From the NCBI GenBank assembly GCA_964035545.1, contig OZ037765.1:1860001-1924000 (forward strand): a DNA stretch of 64,000 nucleotides, read 5' to 3'. The notes beneath the pieces were generated by a model. That model had not been told where the DNA came from. It searched no databases and saw only the letters and a list, made by a program, of their open reading frames with translations. This DNA is from Bugula neritina (lineage: Eukaryota; Animalia; Bryozoa). This document shows positions 1 to 14,100 of the stretch, piece by piece; position 1 is the stretch's first letter, and each line of letters begins with the position of its first letter. Both the position numbers and the translations under genes were made by a program.

Positions 1-3000
1 GAGTTATCTTCACTCGGTGTATGATCCTCGTGAGTAGTCCAGGAGTTGCAGAGGTCCCCAGTGCAGCACTTGAAGCACATCTCTACCTGCAAAGGGGAAA
101 AAGCAGTTGCTAATAATTGCATACGTAGTAGTTTGTTCAAATTATGGTTTGAATCCCATGTTATGATCATCTCCCAGTGTGGTTTAGACAACTTTGCTAT
201 GAACCATAAACTTAGCCTGCATACCTCTGTGCCATTGTTGTTTGTGTATTCTTCACAACTTCCTTCTTCACTGTCAGTATCACAGGCTAAGTTGTCATCA
301 CCAGAAAAATCTGTCGAGCATCCTTTGAGAACCTGCATGGAGAATGTAAATCATTAACAAGTCGACAGGATGTTGAGTGACTTTGATGTGAAGTATCAAA
401 ACTAAAAGTATGTCCACTTTATCACTGCAAAGTATGCCACAATATTGTGTGAAAATAATAAGAAAAAGTCCTTCTAGATGTCTTTTCAGTATCTTTGCAT
501 ATCTGTTTGAGTTTAGAAGGTCCAAAGTGTAAATACAAACAAGGAGGAACTCCTCAATTACTTACAATACTATTATTAGTATATAGTAGAATTAATGAGT
601 CATTTACACTGTTGCTAGTACTAGTAGTTAGTGACTCACTTACACTGTTGCATATAGTATACTAGTAGTTAGTGAGTCACTTACACTGTTGCTAGTACTA
701 GTAGTTAGTGAGTCATTTACACTGTTGCTAGTACTAGTAGTTAGTGAGTCACTTACACTGTTCTCAGTAGAGTCAGTAACATATTCACTTCTAGAGTAAC
801 ATGGCTCACTGCACTTCACCGTCTGCTCGGGAGTAAACTCCAAGCATGTTTCTGGTGTGAGGCACTCAAAGCAATCGTAATATTGTGTTACATCTGGTGC
901 AGATGTTGTCCTGCTGGAGGTTACTGTAGCAGTGGTTGATGCAGTCGCAGTTGTAGTCGTAGGGGTACTAGTAGTAGTGGTGGGAATAGTTGTAGTAGTG
1001 GTAGTAGGAGTAGTAGTAGTAGGAGTGGTAGTAGGATTAGTGGTAGTAGCAGTAGTAGTAGTAGGAGTAGTGGTGGTAGTAGGTGTAGTAGTGGTAGTAG
1101 GAATAGTAGTAGTAGCAGTAGTAGGAGTGGTAGCAGGATTAGTTGTAGTAGCAGTGGTAGTAGTAGCAGTGGTAGTAGTAGCAGTGGTAGTAGTAGGAGT
1201 GGTAGTAGTAGCAGTGGTAGGAATGGTAGTAGGATTAGTAGTAGTAGCAGTGGTAGTAGTAGGAGTAGTAGTAGTAGCAGTAGTAGTAGTAGTACTAGTA
1301 GTAGTCGTAGTAGTGGTAGGAGTAGTAGTAGTAGTAGTAGTGGTAGTAGTAGTAGTTGCTACAGCTGAAATAAAAACAGGAATGTGTTAATTTATTGACT
1401 GGCATCACTTACATCAAGGTTCAAATACTTCAACACTCCTGACCAAAACTTTAACAAAAATATTTGAGATTTTCATGACAAGCCTTATTCATGCTGTACA
1501 ATATTAGTAATAGTGTTTGTTTACAAAATTTGCTATTTTTTACAAATAAGAGATAATGGTTGCATCAACATGGAATATTTATCTTGATATAAAGAAAACT
1601 AACTTGCTAAATCAACCAGATAGAGAACTTCGCCAGTAGAATGCCTTATGTTCATCAACAGTTGATCTTCTTTCATCATTTCTAAAAGAGGTTTATCCAA
1701 GTCGGCTTTTATTTCACACGTAGAAGAATCCCCCTCCACAAACTGGGTACCTCCAACGCACATGCGAGCATATGACCAAGGGGGCATCGGGCCATCTGTC
1801 AAACATGCACAAGTTCAATATCAGTGACAGTTGGAAAGTCTATGAAGATTTAAAGCAGTTATGTTATTTTGTACAATTATATGCTCTGACAACTAGCAAC
1901 TAGCAACTATAAACTGTCAACTAGCAACTAGCAACTGGCAACTAGCAACTAGCAACTGACAACTAGCAAGTGTTGTATGAGAGGCTTGAATTATTTAGAA
2001 TAGGATAGTTTTCCATTCTATCAACCTACAAGTATAAGTAATAAGTAATAAGCTCCATTCATTGATGGTTATTCTACTTGCCTGCCCTATTAAGGAAACT
2101 TGTAACACGAATAGAAACGAGAGTATTGGCTGTTGGATCTGTGTTGTTGTAGTTTTGTATGAAAATGAAGTCGTCATCCATGTGAATCGCCATACTAACT
2201 TTGCTGGTGATCAGCCCGTCATGGGTGAAATTAGCTCCAGGGTCCCCGTTGACGTCAGAGATTCGATACAACAAAGTCATCTCACCTCCATTTGGCACAT
2301 CTGTCACATTGTATGCCACCAGCCCGCCTTCAAGAAACATGTATAACTGTTATCTAAACTTTTGATCTAATGCTATAGTCTGGGTAAAAATTTTCTCAAA
2401 TTCATAAGGAGTTGTCTTCCTTTTTTAAATTTGCATTTATAGTAAAACTCATCAATTCAATGAACCACAAATTTATTATTATTAATTTCAGCAAATAATA
2501 TTGTAAGTAATTAATAAAAGAAGTATTTAACAAGTTTTGTAGTAATTAAATTGCTTAAAAAATCTGTTAATAAAAATTGTATATCTGATGGTACCAATAT
2601 TATCATAAGCCTATTTTTCAATATATACTACTTTCAACCAAGACATTTAATTTAGCAATTATGTCAAAAACTCCACGAGTCAAAAATAACATATAATTGC
2701 CGCCTAAACCCAAACTTTTGAATAAAATTGTTTAAGGATTTTATTGTAAATAATGAATGCAGCTTACCATTGCCAACAAGAACATAGAGAGTTGTGCCCC
2801 CAGAATCTACTACCATATCAAGTAATTCAGAATTTCCAGTGGGAAAACTCGAACTCAAAGCTATGTCATCGTGTGTGGCCAGAATTGTAGCTGCATTATT
2901 GTTATTAAAGTCAACGTGCATAAGGCCCCCCTAGAATTATCATACAAGTTTACCAAGTGAGATACATGGGAATATTCAATCACAAAGTTATAATACTTAC

Positions 3001-5017
3001 AAATGTTCCACTGCTTCATAAATTATTTTTGAATTAGATTAGTATTTTGGGTTTGGGTTGAAAATAGACTATATAGTTAATTTAATCTTGTCACTAGCTA
3101 TTAGCAGATTTAAATATTGGATTACAACTACAAATGTTGCAGTATATAGCATTATATCTCATGGTGTAGTGAGTATGGACAGCTGCAGATGCACATTATT
3201 AGTGTGGGTGTTCATGTCAATAATCTGCGCTCCAGAAGGGGAGATAACAATAATATGCAGAATTAAAGTACAATATATAATGATTAGATATAATGTAGAA
3301 ATTATATTATTGTAAACTAACCTGACCACTTCCACTGTTTCCACACAAAATATAAAACTTTCGATTGGAATCCGCATGAATAGATTTGATGTCTTGCAAC
3401 CGTAGAGGACTAACTTGAAACCCATCATCTGTACAATTACCTGTAGATTTCACACAACAAAGTATACTTTTAAAAGCACCCCAAACTTACCCACTGCATG
3501 TCACCTACAATGCTTAAAATCTGAGCTACATCACCTTTTTATTAAAACTTTTATTTCTATGTAGAAAGGGTTTGCACAAACCTTGCACTAAATTTATACC
3601 AATAATCAAAAGCAAGTATTTAGCTTTAATCGCAATTCTTTTGAGTTACAAAGCCCATTTTAGTCAACCATTTTAATGTGTACAAGCAAAAGCCAGAACT
3701 AATGTGTTTTTTACTAAGACCCTAAATCCTAATCATCTTAACTCCAGCTTCTTTTGGAGGTTGAATCATACTAAAATAGTAAAAGAAAGAAAACCTACCT
3801 ATTCTAGAATTGATATCCTCTCCATTTGCAACGATAAGTTCTCTGATACAAGCCTCCTCAGCAACAAACATGACTCCGCTTTCCAGAATAATATCTCTGA
3901 TATCCGTGAATGTTAATTCTAATCTCGCTCCATCATTGTAACCAATAGTATTGCCACCAGAAAGATCTGTAGCAAACCATGATGTGATTGGCTAATGACT
4001 GCTATACCGCTAGCTGGTTGGCAAAGATTAACCAATCAGCTTGTGATGTGTATAACTGATAAATAGACAGAGTGAATTTTCAATATCAAATGGTGAATTC
4101 TCAATCTATTTTAGATGATAGATAAAAATTAAAGATTTAATTATACCCTGTATAAAAATTTTATAGTTAAAATCTTGCAAATGCAATTATGCTAAAAATG
4201 TTTAATATAATTATTATATATTCTTGCTAAAACCATTGCTCAATTTTTCATTTTTGAAAAAAAATACAGTGTTTTTTTATATTCTACCATTATGTTTTTA
4301 GTTTTTAGCAAATATTTTCATAGTTTAAAAAGTTTTTAATTTTTAGGTGGTCACTTGAAATTATAAATTGCAACTATTAAAATAAAATTAGGTTTAAGTC
4401 ATATCATTTTATTATATAATAGAAGGTTTACACCATATTAATGATTTATAGATAACGCAGAAAATTGAATTTTTTATGAACCAGTACTAGGAGACTTACA
4501 TATCGTTGATTTATAATTTTCAATCGTGTAAATACGCACATTACCACTGGCAGAGCCAGTGCCAAATGCCGCAAAAGTTGCTTGAGGAAAAGTCAACATA
4601 GCTGTGGTGTATTCGTCAGCGTAATCAAAGTCTCTTGATAGATTAGCCATAGAGGTGACTTCTTGCCATGCCACACTGTAACTGTATATACACCAACACA
4701 TATTTGTATATCTACTCGTACGTACATATAGCAAATACATATAGCAAATACATATAGCAAATACATATAGCAAATACATATAGCAAATACATATAGCAAA
4801 TACATATAGCAAATACATATAGCAAATATACACTTGATCACGCTTTAACTCAAATTAGTTTAATAAAAAACATCTTTTAGTTAACAGCTAAAAGCTATAT
4901 AGAATGCTGAAAGCTGTTTTATTATATTTAGAACACATGAATATCACGAAAAGCTACTCACCTAGGAAATGCGCAACACACCCAAAGCAAGACTTGTAAG
5001 TTCCTTATGTAATGCAT
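1..5017 (-). CDS. Secreted/cell-surface protein: signal peptide + NHL-like beta-propeller repeats + Thr-rich mucin stalk + Ly6/uPAR (three-finger)-like Cys domain; 3' end outside window
   Basis: Phase-consistent exons 5017-4962 (MHYIRNLQVLLWVCCAFP), 4675-4500, 3966-3799 (GNTIGYNDG..FTDIRDI..MFVAE..CIR), 3428-3322, 2930-2768, 2327-2082, 1795-1604, 1364-757 (poly-Thr/Pro, then DCFEC..TC..KCSEPCY), 332-225 (VLKGC..C..C), 86-<1 (CFKCCTGDLCN). Confidence 0.75.
594..762 (-). repeat. 36-bp minisatellite (4-5 copies) spanning a splice donor
   Basis: Unit GTAAGTGACTCACTAACTACTAGTACTAGCAACAGT repeats the AACAGT|GTAAGT junction at 757/756. Confidence 0.85.
940..1360 (-). repeat. Coding (ACT/ACC)n trinucleotide region encoding the Thr-rich mucin-like stalk
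   Basis: (GTA/GTG)n on +; open Thr/Pro/Ala frame on - that is continuous with flanking exons. Confidence 0.85.
4726..4829. repeat. 13-bp minisatellite (ATATAGCAAATAC) about 8 copies, intronic
   Basis: Directly visible tandem unit. Confidence 0.9.
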
Positions 5018-6556
5018 ACCGTCCACTAAGGTGAAGAAGGTAAAGGATTGTGTGTTACTTCCAAGCTTTTTCCTACCTAAGTACTGCTACAATTGTTTCA
5101 ATATGTTTAATTCTACTTAAGAAAGTCAAAGTAGTGTTATAATCATATTGATTTACAATAATGTGAGAAAATTTTACTTAAAAGCCAATTTCTATTGTTT
5201 CTAATTTGTTATGCATTACTTTAGTGTTTTTTTCAGCAGCTTTAACGTGAGATTGCAATCTGCAATCTTTTCACCTGATCAACTGGAGCCCTTTACGAAA
5301 TCAAAGAGCCCATTATTCCGGACAAATCTAGCAGCTATATAGTCTTAGGTGAAAAGTTTACAAACAATTGCCCTTAGGCTTGTCAACATTTATTGAATCT
5401 TTTTTGTTCACAAGCCACATTTTAACTAAACATAGCTTCAAATGCCAATTGCATAAATCAAGAATTTATTAGGTGTGAATAGGTTTAATTCAAACTCAGT
5501 GGTGGTGCAATGAAATCTGGTAGTTTAACATTCACAAGGGCATTTATTAAGACGTGTCTAAAACAGCTTTTGCTGACTTTTTGATTCTTATGGAGAAGTC
5601 AATTTTTGAGCTGCCAGTTGTTTATTGGAAACCATTTTAATGCGAAGAAAGTTTTCAGGAGTATTTTTTGCATCTGGCTGCGTTACAGGCGTGTTTTCAT
5701 ATTATGTAACAGGAAATGAAAGAATCAAATGTTTCCAGCTAAACGATTCTACAAAAAGCAGCAATTTAACAAGATTTGTTGCTGTTTAACCTACCGGTGC
5801 GTTGGTATGCAAACAAATGGTCAGTGTTTGCACACTTAGGGTACATTAAGTACTAACTTAACAACCTTAGTCCTGCTCATTATTCTTGCTAGTTTCCCTC
5901 AGGGCACAGTCCAGCTATTATTCTTTGCACAACAGCTTTTTTTAATTAGTTTACAATGCTGTTCAAAATATTGTAAGGTCAAAAGCATATTTCACAGATC
6001 TTAGTTTGTAAAATAAAGCACAAATGCAATAAATAAACTTTCAAGCTAACCATAAATTTTAACGTTTGCAAAAAACTAAGCTGTGTTGTATAATAGTGAC
6101 TTAAATTTTGACTTTTTGGCAAAAGGTTTTTCAAAAAACAATGGAATAAGATTTAAAAAGATAGTTTGAACAATGGTGTTAGACAGTTGTGTCTGAGTAA
6201 CCTTTTGCGAGCTTGCATGACATCATCTTTAGTAGTCATGGTAACACAACAGATCAGTTAATATGAGCCATATTTCATAGCCGCTAACTCTGTCTTTACA
6301 GTCTTAGTGGTTAATGCAAGTAAGCTGTTATTACTTTAATGTTGAATACACCAAAGTGTAACTAATTTATGTTATTTAAAGGCATTTCACGTGAACTAAT
6401 AGAAATTAAATCCTACAAGTAGCTTATGATTTGAAATACAACATTTTACTTCTACCATTTGATTTGCTGATTTTAACAGTAGCCCTGATTTTTTTATAAA
6501 TTGTAGCCTGTGCACCACACATTAGCTTTAGGAAAGAGTTTATGTATTGACCACTT

Positions 6557-6717
<161 letters not shown>

Positions 6718-8505
6718 ATAGAAATCTGGCCAGCGTCCAACTACTTAATTATTGTGTTGGGTAGCGACCAAAACAAAAGTAAACATTTATGTTTTTAAAA
6801 TATTTGGAATCAACTCAAGTTAAGTTCTGTCTAGCAAACATACAATGCAGCAAAGAAACTCAAAGATTAGCCTATTATTCTTGAGCAGCCATATTGAGAA
6901 GTTTAATAATTGCAGATTGCACAGTTGGTTTAAGGTCATACTTTTCATTTTCTGGCTCTTTGCCAGGTGCTTTATGTTCTATATGAACAATGTTCCACTG
7001 ATAGCTCGAACAGGTTGAATGTCACAGGAACAAAAAAAATATGAAAAGATAAAGAAACTTATGTTCTCCAATATACTTTTTTATTTTTTTCAAAAGCCAA
7101 TTCATGTTTAAGTTATAGCTTGTTGAAAAACATAGTCCCCCTTCCACATTCTTTTTAATTTATACGCTCCTGACTTGTTATTGTGTCTCAATATGCCTTG
7201 TATTTGAGTGCTTGTTAGTCTCGCTTCACTAACTTTGCCTATACTTCACAAGTGCCAGTGCTGCTGGCTCAAAAGCTAAATGTTATAAACTGTCAGCTAA
7301 AACCCAATCTTGTATTCCTAGGTTGGTTGGCCTAAATAAAACAATAGTCAAATCATGATTTCATGTTTTAAAAATTTACTCTATTCTAACCTGCTGCCTA
7401 GCTAGTTCTATTTTTGATGTATAATTACAAAATTTGTGATACATTTTTTTGGCAACCATGTGATTTATAAAATGCAGTAATGGTACTTATAATATTATAT
7501 TATTATCATTATAATATATTATATAGTATTATGTGTGTTTTTATTATACTGCATAATATCTATTTTATTATTGTTGTTGTGCAAACAAGTGCAATTAACC
7601 TAGTTTTCAAAATGTACCTCTAAATTATCAGAATATCAGTTTAGATATTTTCATGCTTTGTAAGGTAAACCTAAAAAAAGAGGCTGTATTCCCAAAGTAA
7701 AGGGTGTTGAACTATGAACTATATTAGATTAGCCACTCTGCTACCAAGTGCATCAGTATAATATTATATGAATAGCTCTGATGCTTTGTCTCCGGTGGCT
7801 GGCTGCGATATGATAACTTGGCCAACTTCCAAGAGTTTAAAATTGGCGCAATTATTCAAGAGGTTACATACTGCACAGAGCTAGCAGTGATAGTAACCTT
7901 GCTATCGGCTGTACTTATTACAACTGCCAGCATATAAGCTGCATTGTAGAATGCCGTTGGGGTAGGCTAGTAAAACCAAATTCTGCTCTCTAATATACCT
8001 TAGACACAATGCAGCAACATAATTGTTCGTTTCAAATTACATTGCCACCCTTACATGAGCTGTGGGCTTCATAAAGATTCATATGATTAGAGATTTATGC
8101 TATAGGCTAGCTATGATGAAAAGAAAACACCATTGTCAAAGTTAACTTCAAGTATGTTGTTTTCCAGAAACTCAGTAATGTCCATTTATATTTCTCGCAT
8201 ACAAATACTTATATAATAGCATACAGTTTAAGTTTTATTTTAGAGCACATCTGCAAACTCTACAATAAGAGCTTGCTTTACCAGTCTATTTCAGACCTGT
8301 TTTTGTAGCTAGTAATACGCAAGCTACTTATTTTTAAACTTTTGGGTTATTTGTTCAAAACCATTAGCTTTGCTAGTAACCCGAGACTATTGCAACAGTT
8401 GACTGCTATCAACATGAATTGACAGCCTAATAATTATAACCCATTTGCGCGCAAAATATTTATGTACTCATAGTTACTCATATAGTTGGCAATTTATTAA
8501 CGATG

Positions 8506-8582
8506 ACTGCGTGGTCCAGAGGTTAAAGGCGTCAGCGAGAAGCTGGTTGGTCATGGTTCAATCCTAGTATGCTGCATTTTTT
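8506..8582 (+). mobile_element. Degenerate tRNA-derived (SINE-like) head
   Basis: A-box-like TGGTCCAGAGG and B-box-like GGTTCAATCC at tRNA spacing, followed by a T run; no complete cloverleaf. Confidence 0.4.
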
Positions 8583-9600
8583 GTCACAGGAGCGTAGCTA
8601 GAACCACCATATGAAGAATTTAGATAATTGCAGTGAAACTTGCAAAATGGTGTATGTTTTTACCAAATTGTGAAGAGCATAAACAGAATTTCAAAAAACA
8701 AAGAAAGTATATTAGAGAAAACATATCAAGGAATGTCAAGTTTAACTTTTAGACTTTATAAAATGAATCCCCTGTGCTACAGCAGTGGAACATGGAGGGT
8801 GTAAAATTTTACTTATTATGCAACAACTTTCTCAGAAAATTTTTTATTGAAAAATTAAAAAAGTATATGAAAGAGGAATGCAAGAGCTATCTTTTCATGT
8901 AAAATTTGTTAATGTGAGACAAAAACTGTTCGAGCTATCCCCTGGAAACCGTTTATATATAACATAAAGCAGTGCTTGAATCTGGAAAGTAATGACCTTA
9001 AACTAACTGTGTGCTTCTCGAAAATAAGTTAATGATTAATCATAAAGGAGGTGCATACTAATACATTAAACTTTATAGTGTATGCTTTGTGCTGATTAAG
9101 TACAACAAATCTTAATTGTTAAGTCATCACAAAGACAAAACATTTTATTTTGTTGTTGCTACCAAATAATGCTTTTTAGAAAATCACTTTATCAATTCCG
9201 TCAATGTGTCATGAACACTGAGAATGGCTAAAACCTTTATTTGAAGGATGTAAACAGAACGTTAATTAGTTGCATGCGTGAGGATTAGCAATTACCGGGA
9301 ATTAAAATTCCTAAATTGTTTGCGAAGCTAGGAACCACTTGGTATTTCGTTATTAATGCAAGACTTAGAACCTTAGAAAGTAACTCAATGATAGTGGTAG
9401 TCTGTTTATTACCCTCCCCCACTGTTGTGTATAGTCTGCTAGTGTAATTAATTGGGTGTTGAGATACATAGAATTTTAAAATGAGGAGGTTACAAAAGTG
9501 CCTTTTTCTTGGTGTATATTAGCCATGTTGCTATTTTTATATATTTGTCTGATGTTCAGTGTTTTGTAATCTGTAAAGATGTTGCAATTTTGTTTTGCAG

Positions 9601-10020
9601 TCTATTCTGTACTCTCTACTCTATACTCTATACTCTATACTCTATACTCTATACTCTATACTCTATACTCTATACTCTATACTCTATATTCTCTACTTTA
9701 TACTATCTACTCTATACTCTATACTCTCTAGTCTCTACTTTATATTCTCTACTCGATACTCTCTACTCGATACTCTCTACTCTATATTCTCTACTCTATA
9801 CTCTTTACTCTATACTCTCTACTCTCTACTCTATAATCTATACTCTATACTCTATACTTTATGCTTTATATTCTATACTCTCTACTCTCTACTCTATATT
9901 CTATACTCTATACTCTATACTTTATACTCTGTACTTTATACTCTATACTCTATACTCTATACTCTATACTCTATACTCTATACTCTATACTCTATACTCT
10001 CTGCTCTCTACTCTATACTC
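9601..10020. repeat. (TATACTC)n heptamer satellite
   Basis: Directly visible degenerate 7-mer array. Confidence 0.92.
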
Positions 10021-10259
10021 TCCTCTAGCTATTCTATATATGATGATTTGCATATTATACTGGTAAATCCTGTTTACAAAATGAATATCTACACTTTGCT
10101 TGTAAAAATGTCTCTCAAATACTTGTAATTCTAATTTTTTGCAATATTAATAACTTAATTTAGAACTGGTTATATGGTTAACTTTGTGAATTGTTTTGGT
10201 AGATATGTTATACATTATAGGCTACTAATGGCAATTAAGATGATTTTACTGAATTGTTG

Positions 10260-10350
10260 ATGTGCGCGAGTGTGTGTGTGTGTGTGTGCGTGTGTGTGTG
10301 TGTGTGCGCGTGTGTGTGTGCACGAGTGTGCGTGTGCGTGTGTGTGTGTG
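10260..10350. repeat. (GT)n/(GC) microsatellite
   Basis: Directly visible. Confidence 0.92.
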
Positions 10351-11193
10351 GGGGGCGTAATTTATTCAAAAAATTCCCTAGGGCAATATTTTATTTTTGA
10401 AGCTAGTAAAACATTATTTGTTATTTTTAGCATCTTGTTATTTTTACAGAGGAGCAATTTATAGCTAAGTGTCCAATGAGAATGTTTGTTACAAAATGAA
10501 AGCTATGGTTATCTATAACTTAATAGACTATTTAACACAGCCTAAAGGATCATTAAATGTATGTGTCAACTGTCAACTATGGCTTAATAATTTGTTAGTT
10601 AGCATTTCCTACACAGTTGGTAATCATTTCTCTGTGAGGCAGGTTTGGAGTTTAATTACTACAAGGAATTGAGGTAAATACTTTCACTTTAATAATTAGT
10701 AGAATTTTACAGTCAATTAAGGATTCTATGCTAAACTGTTATATGATTTGTTTTAAATTTTAAATTTATAAAGAAAATAGTTTTTTATAAGCACTGTAAA
10801 AATACACTACAACATGAAAATCACTCATAAATATTCTTCACTTTAAATTAAAGTTAAATTATCCACATCACCTAATGCATTTATATACTTCTCTTGAATC
10901 ACACACTTAAAGTCATTCTCTCCTGCACGTACCCTTTTACAAGAAATTTGTAAATTAATATAATACATGCATATAAGTGTCAAAAATATTGAAAATCTCT
11001 CTAAAAAAGGAAGCATGAGTGACTTTTCTCAAAGAAATAATCTTCCAGTCTTATAGTTAGTAAAAACAGATTGTAGTACCTGTTGGTTTACATTGAACAG
11101 TGACATGCTTTATTTAGATTAAGTACAGTTATGAAAAGCATTCTTGTAGACTAGAATGTATTTTTTTGTTTGTAGCATAAGGTTTAGTTAAAC

Positions 11194-14100
11194 ATGAAGT
11201 CAGGCATTATTGCGACTATTCTACTCACAATGAAAACTATCTTCCTAGTCAATGGAGCGTACGACCTTTCTGAAAGAGAGGTGGGTTTATAGTCTACAAT
11301 ACTCTGAGTATAAACAGCAGGTAAAATCTGCAAGTCTCAAAATATAGGCAGCGCAGGTAAAATAATTTCAACTCAAAAGTTGACATAATTTTTGATCACT
11401 TTGCTGTTAATGTAAAGATGTTTTATAGTTATGAAACACCTGCGTTTCTATTATTGAAACAATTTACAAAGTAAAGCAAGTTTTTAAAATTTAGTCTCTT
11501 TCAATGTATTAACATGCAGCCAGCTTGAATCTAATAAAAGCCAGTTCTGCCTTTTGCATGAACTTTTCTATTTTGTTTTAAACTTGTGTAGTTTTTTTCT
11601 ATTACAGTTACTATTTTAAATTTTGCACATGTTTTGATGAGAAATTAATTTAAATTATATATCCAAATTGAATTTACTATTTTGCAATATATCTTTATTA
11701 CATAGGTGCAGAGAGCTGGAGCTGTTTGTAGGGGGCTTCTCAGAACCAACCGGTATGCTCCTGGGTTTGTAAGGCTAGCTTTTCATGACTGTGTAGGAGG
11801 GTGCAATGGTTGTATAGACCTTGCAGCACCTGCCAACAAAGGTAAAGCATATTATTCTGTATATTGTATAGCATATGCGCACACTATCATACATAATGGT
11901 AAATTATTATATAATACATAGCAGATACAATATACTACACAGTAGTATATAATTCCGGATTATGCATTGTATAAAGCGTACACACTAATATGGCAGTATA
12001 TTTTTTAGCATCAGCTGAGCTGGATGTGACACTATTTAGCTCTGATTGGCTGTTTTGGGTTTAAAGACACTTTACTTAGTTCTGATTGGTTCATTCAGGT
12101 TTAGAAACACTTTACTCAACTCTGATTAGCTCATTCAGGTTTAGTGACACTTTACTTAGCTCTGATTGGTTCATTTAGGTTTAGAGACGTACATAGAACC
12201 ACTAGATGAGGCATGGAAACTAAGAAGAGTCAAGGAGTATATGAGTAGATCAGACTTCTGGGCTCTTTGCGCCAATGAAGCAGTGCTGCATTCTTTCAAG
12301 TTGGGCCAAGAGGAAAGTGGTTAGTTGTATTCTAGTCACTCTTTTTAATTTGATTGACCATTTTAGTATTACATAAGTCATTGAAGTTTTTAAAACTATA
12401 GTTCACCTTTAATCAATGGGAGTCTTTTAACCAAATCTATATTGAAAGTTATTCTATCTTTAAAAACTGTTTCTTAATGAAAGACTATAACTACAGCTTA
12501 GGACTAATGGATATTGTTATAGATAGTAATTATAATTACATAATTCATGTAATTTCTGATGGTGATAAACAACTATAACATGCACGTACTCTAAATTCAA
12601 TGTACTAGTTACATTATTATTATATAAATATTAGATATTATATTTAAGAAGCTGTTTGAATGCCAATTTTATATTTGCTGCCTTATAACTAGTCTAGTAT
12701 CTTTTCAGAGGAACTGAGGCAAGAACAAGCTTATAAAAAACGAAGAATTCAGCTAGCAAAGCTGAGAAATTCCAGAAGAGCCCGGCAGCCACCTACAAGC
12801 GCTGAGCTGGAAGAGCCTTATCCTGACACTGCCAGTTCTCCACCTTACTTGCCAATAAAGTTTGGGAGGGTTGATTGCCACCCCACCAGCTCTAATCAAA
12901 CATCTGGAAACCAGTTTCCAAGAGGAGAAGCAGGCTTGCGAGAAACTTTAGAATTCTTTAGAAGAAAATTTTACTTCAGTGCAAGAGAGACGGTTGCCCT
13001 TTTAGGTATGTTAGCGGAGAGACGGTTGATCTTTCTGAAAATTTTAGCGGAGAGACGGTTGCATTTTTTAAGCATGTTAGCATAGAGACGGTTGCCCTTC
13101 TAGTTTAGTCAGCGGAGAGACGGTTGCTTTTTTATGTATTTTAGCAGAGGTGGCTGTAGCAGCTTAGTAACCAGCTGGCAGCTACTAGAGTCATTTCAGA
13201 CAAATACATCTTGCAGCCATTTATATGTAATTATTTTTAGAGAATATGACTATAAAACAGACGGTTAGAAAGCTTTTATATTTATATACTGCAGAAAGGG
13301 CACGATAGAAAAAAAAAACAAAAAAGATTGTATAATCCTTATACACTGACTGTTACCTATAGCCTAGTCAGTATGACAATCATGTTTCAGGTGCTCACAC
13401 ACTTGGAGACGCGAAGGCCGCTGCGTCTGGGTTTGAAGGAATGTTCACGGAACACTCGCAGTGGCTGGACAATGAATATTATACCGACATGATCAGAAGA
13501 GCTAAAAAGTGGAGGCAGGTAACTCCTGACTATAAAATAAAAATCTGCATGATAAAAGTTTTGTAAGTTAGAAAAAAGTTCTAGATTCTACTTATACAAA
13601 TGCTGATTGGTGACTCAAAACAAAGTTTAACAATAATTCAACACTTTATCCAAAACTTTTGAAATAGATAACTGGTGCTTAATGCAACTAATTTATAAAT
13701 ATGGAAAAATTTATTAGAGATTTTTTCATTGTTGTTCTTAAAGAGGTAATTACTATCCCAATATTTTACAATATATGCAGAAATATAAATGAGAATAACA
13801 TATCAAAGTGAAGATTCAAGTATAAACATTTGCAATTATTATAGTTGAATTCATAATAACAAAAAAGTTGCGCCCATAACTTCTAAATATAAATTAGGCT
13901 GTTGGACTATAGGGTTAATGTGCAATGTAAGAGAAGCTAAATTCAATTTACAGCTAAACACCGCATTCAGAATTATTGAATGAAGGAAAAAGTTAAAAAC
14001 AATACTTAATAGGCTACACCATTTAATTAACTGCGCATTGAAGGTTAAACATAAATAATAATTTTATGCTTTTTTATTTAGATTAAAAAAAGATTTTCAC

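Noticed and set aside
932-1390. 152-aa poly-Val ORF on +
   Set aside because: Antisense shadow of the Thr-rich exon on the minus strand.
8587-8944. Possible MITE with CAGGAGCGTAGCTAG / CGAGCTATCCCCTG ends
   Set aside because: The inverted repeat is too degenerate and no TSD is visible.
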